Shown here: positions 8,150 through 18,313 of the stretch, one piece after another
Position numbering within the stretch: the stretch's first letter is position 1
How the letters are laid out: the number at the start of each line of letters is the position of its first letter
Assembly: GCA_965657355.1 (NCBI GenBank)
Contig: CBFHOE010000002.1
Location: 411,856-475,855 of the forward strand
From: Limisphaerales bacterium
Lineage (GTDB): Bacteria; Verrucomicrobiota; Verrucomicrobiia; Limisphaerales; JAJOIW01
DNA length: 64,000 nucleotides
Direction of reading: 5' to 3'
Translations under genes and position numbers: made by a program
Notes under the pieces: model-generated
The model's input: only the letters and a program-made list of their open reading frames with translations
Databases searched by the model: none
Told to the model about the DNA's origin: nothing

Positions 8150-10660
8150 CTATGAACCCGCTTCCTCTGTAATAGATTCTGGCTCAGAATTCTCATGGTC
8201 TTGGACAAAGACTAGTTTGTCGTCTTTGGCCGAGACGTCAACCGGAGATGAGCCGTGGATATTCCCTTTCAAAATTTCTTCTGCAAGTGGATCTTCAAGA
8301 TATCGTTCAACAGCTCTTCTCATTGGTCGTGCCCCATAAGCAGGATCGTGCCCCTTAGTCACGAGCAGATCTTTGGCTTTGGTATCCAGAACCAAGTTGA
8401 TGTTTCGGTGCTTGAGTCTTTCGCACACTTTCTCTATTTCCAGATCTAAAATTTTGATTAAGTTTGTTTTCTCAAGGGATCTGAAGACTAAGATATCGTC
8501 CAGTCTGTTTAAGAATTCAGGTCTGAAGACTTTTTTCGCAGCATCCATGATGCCTTCCTTCATTTTATCGTATGGTACCTGATCTGAGTTATTGCCGAAT
8601 CCTAGGGATTGTTTTGTGACAGATTCAGCACCGACATTCGACGTCAGCAAAATGATAGTATTTCTGAAATCGACCACGCGCCCCATATTGTCGGTGAGCT
8701 TTCCTTCCTCGAGAATTTGAAGAAGCATATTCATGACATCAGGGTGAGCTTTTTCAACCTCATCAAATAACACAACGCTGTAAGGCCTGCGACGTACCTG
8801 CTCAGTCAGCTGACCACCCTCTTCATATCCCACATATCCCGGAGGAGAGCCAACGAGACGTGATACACTGAATTTCTCCATGTATTCACTCATGTCCAGC
8901 TGGATAAGAGATTTGGCATCACCGAACATTTTTTCGGCGAGAGTCTTGGCAAGTAGAGTTTTTCCGATACCTGTGGGACCAAGAAGAGCAAATGTGCCGA
9001 TAGGTCTTTTGGGGTCTTTCAAATCTGCCCTGGACCTTCTCAGCGCTTTCGCCAGAGCATGAACGGCTTCGTCTTGTCCAATAACAGTTTCACTTAACTC
9101 TTTTTCAATGTTTAGGAGCCTTTGTGCCTCTCCTTGCTCAAGTCTTTGGAGTGGGACTCCAGTCCATTTGGATATGACCTGGATAACCTCATCTTCATCA
9201 ACCTTAACTTTAAAATCTTCTCTTTGTTTATTCCAATCTTCAAGCGCCTTGTCGAGAGCGTCTTTGGTCTGCTTTTCCTTGTCTCGCATAGAGGCGGCGC
9301 CCTCAAAATCTTGCTGCTTAATTGCCTCTTCTTTTTGAGATTTAATTTCCTCGATTTTGGCTTCGAGTTCTTTTAGCTCGGGAGGCCTTGTCATAGTGCT
9401 GATGCGAGCACGCGAACCAGCTTCATCAATAACATCAATAGCCTTGTCAGGGAGGAAGCGACCTGAGATGTATCTCTCAGAGTGCTTTACAGCAGCCTCG
9501 ATAGCGGCGTCAGTGATAGTAGCTTTGTGGTGATCTTCATACTTACCACGCAATCCTTTGAGTATCAAAATGGCTTCATCTTCAGTTGGAGCCTCAACTT
9601 TTACGCTCTGGAAGCGGCGTTCTAATGCAGCATCTTTTTCGATATATTTCCTGTACTCATTGAGAGTTGTCGCCCCGATGCATTGCAGCTCCGACCGGCT
9701 GAGGGCTGGTTTGATGATGTTTGAGGCATCCATCGTTCCTTCGGCAGAGCCAGCGCCAACGATGGTGTGCAATTCGTCAATAAAGAGAATCACGTTTTTC
9801 GTACGCCGAATCTCATCCATGACTGCCTTGATTCTTTCTTCGAATTGACCCCGGTATTTCGTTCCAGCGACCATGAGGGCGAGATCCAGAGTAATGACTT
9901 TCTTATCTCTTAAGATTTCCGGTACATTTCCTTTGGCAATTTCTTGGGCAAGCCCTTCCACGATGGCCGTTTTACCCACCCCGGCTTCACCTAAAAGAAC
10001 TGGATTATTTTTGGTCCTACGGCACAAAATCTGAATGACTCTTTCGATCTCGCTTTTTCTGCCGATGACCGGGTCCATTGCCCCTTTGGATGCCATTTCC
10101 GTCAAATCTCTACCAAAAGCCTTGAGAGCTGGTGTTTTGCTGTCTCCCTTTTTTTCGCTTGGTCCCTTGGCTGATGCTGTTTCAGCCATGGGGTCTTCCT
10201 CGGTGGAGAAGTTTGGATCGAGTTCGCGAAGGATTTCTTGACGCGTTTGTTCGATATCAACTTCCAGATTTTTGAGGACTTGGGCAGCGACACCGTCCCC
10301 TTCACGAAGCAATCCTAGCAGAATGTGCTCGGTGCCAACGTATGTGTGATTGAGAGATTTTGCTTCTTTAGCAGCTAGTGAAAGAACTTTTTTGACTCTG
10401 GGAGTGTAGGGAATGTTCCCGATCATTTTTTGCTCCGGCCCAGTGCCAACCTGCTTTTCGACTTCTTCCCTTACAGTATCGAGATCTAAACCAAGCTTTT
10501 GGAGCACGTTTACAGCCACCCCTTGCCCGAGCTTAATGAGCCCCAATAAAATGTGTTCGGTACCAACAAAATTGTGGTTGAAGCGGTCCGCCTCTTTGCG
10601 AGCCAATGCCAAGACTTGCTGAGCCCTTGGCGTAAAGTTGTTCATATGCTCGTCAGCCAT
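8150..10660 (-). CDS. clpC: ATP-dependent Clp protease ATP-binding subunit ClpC
   Basis: It has duplicated Clp_N repeats at the N-terminus, two AAA+ modules ([15 protein letters not shown]; [16 protein letters not shown]) and a UVR-like linker. The length is 836 aa. Confidence 0.9.
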   Translation of the reverse strand: MADEHMNNFTPRAQQVLALARKEADRFNHNFVGTEHILLGLIKLGQGVAVNVLQKLGLDLDTVREEVEKQVGTGPEQKMIGNIPYTPRVKKVLSLAAKEAKSLNHTYVGTEHILLGLLREGDGVAAQVLKNLEVDIEQTRQEILRELDPNFSTEEDPMAETASAKGPSEKKGDSKTPALKAFGRDLTEMASKGAMDPVIGRKSEIERVIQILCRRTKNNPVLLGEAGVGKTAIVEGLAQEIAKGNVPEILRDKKVITLDLALMVAGTKYRGQFEERIKAVMDEIRRTKNVILFIDELHTIVGAGSAEGTMDASNIIKPALSRSELQCIGATTLNEYRKYIEKDAALERRFQSVKVEAPTEDEAILILKGLRGKYEDHHKATITDAAIEAAVKHSERYISGRFLPDKAIDVIDEAGSRARISTMTRPPELKELEAKIEEIKSQKEEAIKQQDFEGAASMRDKEKQTKDALDKALEDWNKQREDFKVKVDEDEVIQVISKWTGVPLQRLEQGEAQRLLNIEKELSETVIGQDEAVHALAKALRRSRADLKDPKRPIGTFALLGPTGIGKTLLAKTLAEKMFGDAKSLIQLDMSEYMEKFSVSRLVGSPPGYVGYEEGGQLTEQVRRRPYSVVLFDEVEKAHPDVMNMLLQILEEGKLTDNMGRVVDFRNTIILLTSNVGAESVTKQSLGFGNNSDQVPYDKMKEGIMDAAKKVFRPEFLNRLDDILVFRSLEKTNLIKILDLEIEKVCERLKHRNINLVLDTKAKDLLVTKGHDPAYGARPMRRAVERYLEDPLAEEILKGNIHGSSPVDVSAKDDKLVFVQDHENSEPESITEEAGS

Positions 10661-10900
10661 GTTGTATATGATGCGTAGATTTTTAACATTTGTCCACTAC
10701 AGGTGCCTGATTTCTTCAAATTTTTAGAAATTTTCCTCCAAGCCCCATACAGAATTATCTGTAAGGTTAATCGGCACTGGCGCCAATATTTAAAGCGTAA
10801 TCGCGATGTAACCCGCCCTCTGATTGGAATAATGTATCAGATATTTAGAAACTAATCCAATTGAGCGTAATAATCAGGACCAAACGCACCATTTCGCGAC

Positions 10901-10929
10901 AAAAAAGAAATCCGTCAGGAACAGGATTT
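10901..10929 (-). terminator. Rho-independent terminator after mcsB, overlapping its stop codon
   Basis: On the minus strand the sequence reads TAAATCC-loop-GGATTT followed by CTTTTTT. It separates mcsB from clpC, which are 267 nt apart. Confidence 0.6.
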
Positions 10930-12040
10930 ACGTTTCTTTCTCATTATCAAGCCCCAGTAGCTTATCAGAAAATTTGTCCGCAGGACGAGAAACAGTTCTC
11001 AATTTACCTCTTAAAAAGTCTGCCCTTATGAGGTCTCTCTCCTCAGCTGAAAGCTTTCCTTTAACATTTTTCTGAAGGTGAGCTGGTTGAGTCGAGATGA
11101 ATAATTCCTCCACTAAAGACCGCCTCATTTTTGAAAAAAGTCCAAAGTCATTACCAAGTCTCATCATCGACAAAAGATTCATGGTCTCTTTGGAGGTAAT
11201 AATATGAGAATTTGAAAGCGTTCCATATGCACGCCCGACCTGATTAAGGACTATTTTTGGTTTCTTTTCTATAAGCATGGTTCTTGCGTTCTCCTCATGC
11301 TCAATCATCTGATTTAAAACCTTATTCAGTCTATCTATGATTTCAATTTCAGACTCGCCCAAAGTCATTTGATTGGAGACTTGGAATAAATTTCCGAGGG
11401 CATCGGTTCCCTCGCCATAGAGGCCTCTAACGGCCATCCCCAACTTGTTAACAGCCTGAACGACCTGATTTATTTGATCTGAGAGAACGAGCCCTGGCAG
11501 GTGCAGCATAGCGCTCACCCTAACGGCGGTTCCAACGTTGGTGGGACATGCGGTTAAATAACCGTAGTTTCTCGAGAAGGCGTAGGGCAATTTCTCTTCC
11601 AAAAGGCTGTCTATTTCATCGATATTTTGCCATGCGTCTTTTACTTGAAGTCCAGGCTGGATGATCTGCATGCGCAAGTGGTCTTCCTCATTAATCATTA
11701 CGCTGAACATTTCATCCTTTGAAAGAATGAGCCCACTCCCTGAATTCTTGGCGGCGTGCTCGCGACTAATAAGATGCCTCTCCACGAGGATCTGTTTTTC
11801 AAGATGGGACAAGTTGTCCATAGAGTCCGAGAAACAGGAATTCATTCGAGAAAAGCCTTCGATCACGGGTCTCACATTTTCGAAAAGCCTTATGCGCTCT
11901 TGTTTTTTGGCCCACCCCGGAAAAGCATACCCTTTGAGGTTCCTTGCCAAACGGACTCGAGACGACAGCACGATCGTATGGTTGGGCCCCTGTTTTTTAC
12001 AGGAATCCGCAACACTAGTTAAAAATTTATCGAGTTTCAT
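10928..12040 (-). CDS. mcsB: Protein arginine kinase McsB (ATP:guanido phosphotransferase family)
   Basis: Guanido-kinase motifs are present: NEEDHLRMQ, CPTNVGTAVRVS and SNQMTLG. It lies immediately upstream of clpC. Confidence 0.85.
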   Translation of the reverse strand: MKLDKFLTSVADSCKKQGPNHTIVLSSRVRLARNLKGYAFPGWAKKQERIRLFENVRPVIEGFSRMNSCFSDSMDNLSHLEKQILVERHLISREHAAKNSGSGLILSKDEMFSVMINEEDHLRMQIIQPGLQVKDAWQNIDEIDSLLEEKLPYAFSRNYGYLTACPTNVGTAVRVSAMLHLPGLVLSDQINQVVQAVNKLGMAVRGLYGEGTDALGNLFQVSNQMTLGESEIEIIDRLNKVLNQMIEHEENARTMLIEKKPKIVLNQVGRAYGTLSNSHIITSKETMNLLSMMRLGNDFGLFSKMRRSLVEELFISTQPAHLQKNVKGKLSAEERDLIRADFLRGKLRTVSRPADKFSDKLLGLDNEKET

Positions 12041-12350
12041 AATTTAAGACCAGGATATCCACATGGCTATCGTGAGCATATCTAGTCTATTTCGTTTTCG
12101 GTCTTTTTCGAATTTATTTTATTCAAGCTAGGCCGACCATTCTCTATTTCTCATTTCGATAAAACTCAAATTTTAGTCCTGCTTAAAAAAATCCATCGGT
12201 AAATGGGTATCAAAAGCATGATTTTGCACTGGATTGGAAATCGAAAAGAATTAAGAATCTATGGCAACCCGACAGGAGGCATTTTTGCCAAGGCCTGTCA
12301 TTTTGTCATACGCGGATACTAGATTCGGGAGACATTTGCCCCTTCCCTTC

Positions 12351-13226
12351 TCAAATTGGTTCGCCTGATCTCATTGTTAGCTCTTTGTATTTTTCAACAA
12401 TAGATTTGGTGTAAGACCCTGGATTTCCGTCGCCAATGACCCGTCCATCAAGTTTCACCACCGGCATAACTTCTGCTGCAGTTCCGGTTAAAAAACATTC
12501 ATCAGCATTGTATATATCGTATCGGGATATGTTGGGCTCAGTCACGACAAGCCCCATGGATTGCGCTATATCAATCGCCGTTTGCCGCGTGATGCCATAG
12601 AGGGCACCTGCTTCAAGCGGCGGGGTCATCATAGATTTACCCTTGATGATAAAAATATTATCACCTGTACATTCAGCCACAAACCCTTGGGAATTAAGCA
12701 TGATCGCCTCCTCATAACCTGAGTTCAAAGCTTCAATTTTTGCCAGTATATTATTAAGGTAATTCAGAGATTTAATGGCCGGGTTGACAGCATTTTGATG
12801 ATTCCTTGTCGTTGGAACCGTAATTAAATCCATACCCTCTGTGTATAGCTTTTCAGGATAAAGCTGAATATGATCAGCGATGATGAAAATACTTGGATTA
12901 GGGCATTTGAATGGGCTTAGACCTAATGTTCCAGCCCCCCTGGTGACCACGAGGCGAATGTAGCCATCATGGATTCCATTAGCTTTACATGTTTCAACGA
13001 CTGCCTTACAGATATCATCTGCAGTCATAGAAATGTTAAGCATGATGGCTTTTGCAGAGTAGAAGAGTCTTTCGACATGCTCTCTCAGCTTGAATACACG
13101 ACCATTATAGGCACGAATGCCCTCAAAAACACCGTCCCCATACAATAGTCCATGATCAAAAACTGATATTTTTGCATCGTCTTTGTCCACTAATTCTCCG
13201 TCTAGAAAAACTTTCATAAAGCTCAC
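12351..13226 (-). CDS. ilvE: Branched-chain amino acid aminotransferase (class IV PLP aminotransferase)
   Basis: The motifs DHGLLYGDGVFEGIRAYNG..., VVTRGAG, and the C-terminal ECFLTGTAAEV are typical of fold-type IV BCAT. Confidence 0.8.
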   Translation of the reverse strand: MSFMKVFLDGELVDKDDAKISVFDHGLLYGDGVFEGIRAYNGRVFKLREHVERLFYSAKAIMLNISMTADDICKAVVETCKANGIHDGYIRLVVTRGAGTLGLSPFKCPNPSIFIIADHIQLYPEKLYTEGMDLITVPTTRNHQNAVNPAIKSLNYLNNILAKIEALNSGYEEAIMLNSQGFVAECTGDNIFIIKGKSMMTPPLEAGALYGITRQTAIDIAQSMGLVVTEPNISRYDIYNADECFLTGTAAEVMPVVKLDGRVIGDGNPGSYTKSIVEKYKELTMRSGEPI

Positions 13227-13299
13227 CCAAAGGTAAAGAAACTCGGTTTAGCGATCAACTATGATTCTTCATGAAAGTGAAATTACGCATTTTAGCAAT

Positions 13300-14004
13300 T
13301 CAGGACTGAAGATTCACGACTTTCCCATCTTCCATGAAAACCACTCGATCAGCTCGCTCGGCGAGGGAGTGGTCATGTGTGGCAATCACAAGAGTTACAC
13401 CATATTTTTCTCTCATTTCAAATAGAAGATTTAAAATCTCCATTCCGGTTTTTGAATCCAAATTACCAGTGGGCTCGTCAGCCAGAAGAAATTCTGGCGA
13501 ATTAATTAGTGCCCGAGCAATGGATGTTCTTTGCTGCTCACCGCCTGACATTTCGTAAGGGCGGTGATCTATGCGGTGTCCCAATCCCACACTTTCAAGA
13601 AGCTCAGCCGACTTCTTTCTTGATTTTTCAGCCCCAAAACGAGCTATCCGGGCTGGCAAACAAACATTCTCCAGAGCGGTGAGCTCAGGAAATAAATTAT
13701 ACGCCTGGAATATAAATCCAACCGATTCATTTCTAAAACTGCTGAGATGTTTTTCTTTCATCAAATGCAGTTTATGGTCCCCACATACAATATTCCCCTG
13801 ATCGGCTGTATCCAGACCACCGATGATCTGTAGCAAAGTACTTTTCCCTGTCCCAGAAGCCCCCAGGAGAGCGACCACTTCAGATGGAGCTACTTTAATA
13901 TTAACACCCTTGAGGACTTCTATTTTTTTCTTCCCAAGGCTGTATGACTTATAACAGTCTTTAACACAAATTCCAGAAGAGGTCGTCGAATCAAAATTAC
14001 TCAT
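13300..14004 (-). CDS. lolD: ABC transporter ATP-binding protein, LolD-like
   Basis: It has Walker A GASGTGKST, signature MSGGEQQR and Walker B LLADEPTGNLD. The start was moved to the Met at 14004 (MSNFD...), which overlaps the upstream permease stop by 8 nt. Confidence 0.75.
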   Translation of the reverse strand: MSNFDSTTSSGICVKDCYKSYSLGKKKIEVLKGVNIKVAPSEVVALLGASGTGKSTLLQIIGGLDTADQGNIVCGDHKLHLMKEKHLSSFRNESVGFIFQAYNLFPELTALENVCLPARIARFGAEKSRKKSAELLESVGLGHRIDHRPYEMSGGEQQRTSIARALINSPEFLLADEPTGNLDSKTGMEILNLLFEMREKYGVTLVIATHDHSLAERADRVVFMEDGKVVNLQS

Positions 14005-15280
14005 GCCGCAATGCCTCCACTGGTTTGAATCGGCCTGCATTCCATGCAGGAATAAGTCCTGCAATAAGACACATCAATAAAGCCCCTCCGCATATGATTA
14101 AAATATCGTTCGGGATAATTAAAGCCGGAAGCTCGGTAAATTGATAAATGCTCGCCGGAAATAATTCAAAACCGGTAATCGTGTTCATCATTTGAAGGAA
14201 ATCATTGCGAATGGAGACCATTCCAATACCCAACAAAAACCCAAGTGAGACGCCAATGATTCCAACGAATACAGATTGAGCTAAAAATATTCCCATGATT
14301 TGAGACCGACCCGCTCCCAATGCTTTTAAGATACCAATTTCTCTTGTCTTTTGGATAACGAAAGCAATTAAAGTCCCCATGATTCCAAAAGCAGCAACAA
14401 GCATAATGAAGAACAGGATGTAAAACATAACATTTTTCTCGACCATAATAGCATCGAGTATGCTGCTCTTTCTTTCAAGCCATGTGGTGAGTCTGTATTC
14501 ACTACCAACGATTGTAGATAGTTTATCTCTTACCTTAGCGGCTTCCATGGGGTCGTCCAGCATCAGCTGAACTCCATGAACAAGGTCCTCACCACCGAGA
14601 CCGAACAGATCCTGGCAATCCCATAAGTTAAGTACGATGATGTTGGAATTAAACTCGTAGTAACCCACATCATAGAGACCTTCGACAACAAATTCTTCGG
14701 GGAAGATGGCTAACTTTTCGCCAGAATCCAAAGCCTTTTGCATGTTTTTGAGATTGCCATAAGAGTGGACAGCAATAGTATCGCCTACTGCAATGCCCAG
14801 GTCTGCAGCTAAATCAACACCCAAGTAGACTACCCTTCCGGGAAAATCCATTTCCTTACCACCAAGGATATTTTGATGAATGGTCGAAACGGATTTTTCG
14901 TGCACTGGATGGACGCCTCGAGCAAATGGAGCGTAAACTTCTGATCCCCCGTTGGCCCTAAAAACTTCCATCATGACTGGCCCCACAACAATAGGTGCTG
15001 CTCCTCGAACACCAGATTGGCCCTTGACCTTTTCTATAACCTCATCGTAGCTGGCGAGTGGGCTTCCAAAGCCATCGGTAATAAGTATGTGGGGTTCGAA
15101 GCCAAGTAATGTCTCACGTAGCTGCCGGTCAAATCCTGACATCACACTGATGACAACAATAAGAACTCCTACCCCGAGTACCACACCCATTACTGAAATT
15201 AGTGTGATGACCGATATAAAATTTCGGCTCGGCCGCAGATAACGAAGAGCCAAAAAAGATTCAAAAGGAAGTTGAAGCAT
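13997..15280 (-). CDS. Lipoprotein-releasing system permease, LolC/LolE family (FtsX-type with MacB-like periplasmic domain)
   Basis: The N-terminus FLALRYLRPSRNFISVITLISVMGVVLGV is followed by a periplasmic domain and a C-terminal FtsX-like 3-TM region (KTREIGILKALGA). It is adjacent to lolD. Confidence 0.85.
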   Translation of the reverse strand: MLQLPFESFLALRYLRPSRNFISVITLISVMGVVLGVGVLIVVISVMSGFDRQLRETLLGFEPHILITDGFGSPLASYDEVIEKVKGQSGVRGAAPIVVGPVMMEVFRANGGSEVYAPFARGVHPVHEKSVSTIHQNILGGKEMDFPGRVVYLGVDLAADLGIAVGDTIAVHSYGNLKNMQKALDSGEKLAIFPEEFVVEGLYDVGYYEFNSNIIVLNLWDCQDLFGLGGEDLVHGVQLMLDDPMEAAKVRDKLSTIVGSEYRLTTWLERKSSILDAIMVEKNVMFYILFFIMLVAAFGIMGTLIAFVIQKTREIGILKALGAGRSQIMGIFLAQSVFVGIIGVSLGFLLGIGMVSIRNDFLQMMNTITGFELFPASIYQFTELPALIIPNDILIICGGALLMCLIAGLIPAWNAGRFKPVEALRHE

Positions 15281-15289
15281 CGTTTTGTA

Positions 15290-16177
15290 TTAAACGCCCT
15301 TGCGACCAGGAAATGTCAATTCAGCCACGCCTGACTTGTCTAGTTCACCTAGACCAAGGTCAATGAGTCGATCGTATTGCTTCTTGGTAGCAAGAGCCAA
15401 GGGAAGTTCTATTCCATTGGCCTTGGCAAGATCATAGGCAATTCCGGAATCTTTTGAAGCATGTGCAGCACTAAAGTAACAATCGTGGTCGCGATCAATC
15501 ATATCATCACTGTCAGTTTCCAGAACTCGCGAATTGGCTCCAGTCTGAGAGAAAACTTCAACTAACATTTTAAGGTCAAGATTGAGAGCCGCCCCCAGAC
15601 CAAGGCCTTCAGCCAAAGCAGCTGTATTGATATTCATGACCATATTGACCAAGGCCTTGACTTTTGCAGCCTCTCCAGCGGCTCCGACATACCTCATAGA
15701 AGAACTGAGCTTTTCAAGGAGGTCTTTGTTGCTTTGAAAGACAGATTCCTCACCCCCGAGCATGAGGTAGAGCGTACCTTGTCTAGCCTGAGGAATGCTC
15801 GATGCCATGCATGCTTCCAAGCTTTGGCAACCATTCGCCTTCGAGGCCTTTTCGATTTCTTGATGTATCCCCGGAGATAATGTCGCACAATTGATAAAAG
15901 TTTTGCCGTCACCCGAATCGAGTAAACTCTCTCCATTATCAAAGAAAATAGATCTCATTGCGGAGTCATCGCTAACCACGGTGAATACGACGTCACATTC
16001 AGATGCAAGGTCTTTAACACTCGAGCAAGACTGGCACGCCAACTCATCAGCGAGCTCACCGGCAACCTCGGAATTAATATCAAAAACAGCGACAACCTTT
16101 TCACCGCAATCTTTAAGTCGACGAGCCATATTTGCTCCCATGCGGCCAACTCCGACAAATCCTACTTTTCTAGACAT
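15290..16177 (-). CDS. NAD(P)-dependent beta-hydroxyacid dehydrogenase (3-hydroxyisobutyrate/6-phosphogluconate dehydrogenase-like)
   Basis: It has the Rossmann motif VGFVGVGRMGANMARRL and a C-terminal all-helical domain typical of the HIBADH family. Confidence 0.75.
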   Translation of the reverse strand: MSRKVGFVGVGRMGANMARRLKDCGEKVVAVFDINSEVAGELADELACQSCSSVKDLASECDVVFTVVSDDSAMRSIFFDNGESLLDSGDGKTFINCATLSPGIHQEIEKASKANGCQSLEACMASSIPQARQGTLYLMLGGEESVFQSNKDLLEKLSSSMRYVGAAGEAAKVKALVNMVMNINTAALAEGLGLGAALNLDLKMLVEVFSQTGANSRVLETDSDDMIDRDHDCYFSAAHASKDSGIAYDLAKANGIELPLALATKKQYDRLIDLGLGELDKSGVAELTFPGRKGV

Positions 16178-16257
16178 GAAATTATATTACTCCAGCGACG
16201 ATAATTCTTCCAGAATTATGAACAGTTTTGTAAAGGCCTGAGAATCCGACAATGGTC

Positions 16258-17061
16258 TTAGATATGAGGTATTAAGAATGGATTGTGCGCGCGCTCCATC
16301 CCCACTGTCGACAGAGCTCCGTGACCGGGGCAAATTATGCAATCTTCGGGCAAAGTTATAATTTCCTTTAAGTTTGATTTAAGGGCCGAGTGGTAGTCGA
16401 CTTTACCGCCCCCCATGGACCATGCAAAAATCGCGTCCCCAACTATGGCCAAGGAGGGTAAAGTTGAATAATGATTGAGAACATATGTAGTCCCCCCAAT
16501 CGAGTGGCCGTTGGTCAATCTTGATTCGATAGACAAGTCACCGAGTTGCCATGTTTTCCCGGGTTTGAACGAGGAAGTTCCCTCTAAGTATTCATTTTCT
16601 GAGGACCAGATATTTTGGTCATCTACCAAGTGTGCGATATCTTTCAGGCATGCAATATGATCACGATGATTATGGGTGATAAAAATATGTTCGAGGCTCA
16701 ATTTATTATCTTTGAGAAAATTTTTTATAGCGGATGCATCCGTCCCAGTATCGAACAATACAGCTTTTCCATCGTCTAACCGAAGCAAGTATGAATTGAC
16801 AAGCATTGTATGCCAACAGGATGTAAAAACCACGAGATTATCGGGGGGGGACACTGCTGGAGGCGCCGGACATTTTGATAAAGCGATCAAGGAGGCTGGA
16901 TCCAGGTTTAATATCTGAGCTATTTTTGATAAGACATCCTCACTGGGAGGTTTTTCTTCACATAGATCATCATGAATCAATGCCTCTGGCTTCACTCCTA
17001 ATCCGGAAGAAGCCTTACAAACAACGTCATACCAATTGTCCTCGAGAAAATTAGAATTCAT
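16258..17061 (-). CDS. MBL-fold metallo-hydrolase with an about 70-aa N-terminal extension
   Basis: It carries the metal motif HNHRDH, the downstream residues GHSIGG and PGHG, and a glyoxalase II-like layout. Confidence 0.75.
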   Translation of the reverse strand: MNSNFLEDNWYDVVCKASSGLGVKPEALIHDDLCEEKPPSEDVLSKIAQILNLDPASLIALSKCPAPPAVSPPDNLVVFTSCWHTMLVNSYLLRLDDGKAVLFDTGTDASAIKNFLKDNKLSLEHIFITHNHRDHIACLKDIAHLVDDQNIWSSENEYLEGTSSFKPGKTWQLGDLSIESRLTNGHSIGGTTYVLNHYSTLPSLAIVGDAIFAWSMGGGKVDYHSALKSNLKEIITLPEDCIICPGHGALSTVGMERAHNPFLIPHI

Positions 17062-17158
17062 ATCAGCTTAAGTGAGTTTGAGAATATTTCATAATTATTG
17101 AATCATCAATGACTATGAGAAATTATAGTTATGACAATGGGTCAGATTAGATTATTGT

Positions 17159-18313
17159 TTGAGAGTATGTCGTGATTTAAATATGAAGGAGAAAGATGCG
17201 TTAGATTTAATTTCATTGAAAAACCATATCCGAAAAAAGATTGAGGAAAATGGCCCTATAACCTTTGACGCATTTATGGATGAAGCCCTTTATCACAAAG
17301 ATTGGGGATATTATGAAAAATGCGAATTGAATCAGGTCGGCAAAACTGGAGATTTTATGACCAGCGTCTCGGTCGGAGAAGCCTTCGGCAAGCTTCTCGC
17401 TCTTAAATTAATATCCCTCGCAAAAAAAACACCACATCAAAATAAACCAATAATAGTTGAAGCAGGCGCACACGATGCTCAACTCGCGGACGATATTTTA
17501 AATGCAGTGGAGACTTTGGGATCCTCTGATTCTTTTCGAAAATATACCATCATTGAACCATCCAATTCGCGTAGAGCCTATCAAATGAAAAAGCTCAACA
17601 AAACTCCAATTGATGTCGAATGGTTAACAACTATTGAAGAACTACCGGATAACATTCCGATTATATTTCTTTCAAATGAGTTATTTGATGCGATGCCATT
17701 TCGTCGGATTTATTGGAATAAAAATTCTCTCAGTTGGATGGAATGGCTTGTTACTTTTTCCGAGGACAATTTTTCATGGATACCAGCAGAAACCACGGTA
17801 AACAACCAATCAATGGTGCTGCAGGCTAGACTCGATGTTGAGAAAGAGCTAGCACGACACATCCCCGACCACTTTACGATTGAAGTGTCTCCAAACTCCG
17901 TTGACTACTACCAAAAATTACTCAATAGAATAAATTCAGGATTTGTTATCACGATTGATTATGGCCAGACCGGGGAGCAATGGCTACAGCCACACAAAGT
18001 AAAGGGAACGCTAAGGGGATATCAAAATCATAAACTGGTGGATAACGAACTCGCTCACCCGGGTTCCTGCGACCTCACTTGTGATGTCTGCTTTCAGGAC
18101 CTTGAATTAACAGGAAAACAAGCAGGGTTTGGGACTGAATTTTGTGGAACCCAACAATCCTACCTAACTCATGTCTTGAGAGAAAACCAGTCTCTCATTA
18201 ATCATAACCAAACGTTTTGGGGACAGAAAGATAACCGACAATTCCTGACATTGGTCTCACCTCAATTTTTTGGAGCTCGATTTAAAGTTCTTGAACAAAG
18301 CCTCTTCGTGTAA
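17159..18313 (+). CDS. MidA/NDUFAF7-family class I SAM-dependent methyltransferase (DUF185)
   Basis: It contains ITFDAFMDEALYH...GYY, FMTSVSVGEAFG and SNELFDAMPF. The likely true start is the ATG at 17183 (MKEKDAL...). The 3' end overlaps the convergent kinase gene by 32 nt. Confidence 0.7.
   Translation: MRVCRDLNMKEKDALDLISLKNHIRKKIEENGPITFDAFMDEALYHKDWGYYEKCELNQVGKTGDFMTSVSVGEAFGKLLALKLISLAKKTPHQNKPIIVEAGAHDAQLADDILNAVETLGSSDSFRKYTIIEPSNSRRAYQMKKLNKTPIDVEWLTTIEELPDNIPIIFLSNELFDAMPFRRIYWNKNSLSWMEWLVTFSEDNFSWIPAETTVNNQSMVLQARLDVEKELARHIPDHFTIEVSPNSVDYYQKLLNRINSGFVITIDYGQTGEQWLQPHKVKGTLRGYQNHKLVDNELAHPGSCDLTCDVCFQDLELTGKQAGFGTEFCGTQQSYLTHVLRENQSLINHNQTFWGQKDNRQFLTLVSPQFFGARFKVLEQSLFV

Noticed and set aside
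8255-10622. About ten ORFs of 60-96 aa on either strand inside clpC. Similar nested ORFs occur inside hom, thrC, glcD, mcsB, the kinase, SNF2, RND, rnr, the esterase and the large hydrolase.
   Set aside because: They lie entirely within long ORFs that carry clear family motifs. They are Ser/Leu/Arg-rich shadow-frame products and are treated as spurious.
12041-12350. I searched for a small mcsA-like or ctsR-like ORF upstream of mcsB.
   Set aside because: Hand translation of all minus-strand ATG starts gives only peptides of 17 codons or fewer. The absence is reported as part of a finding rather than as a gene.
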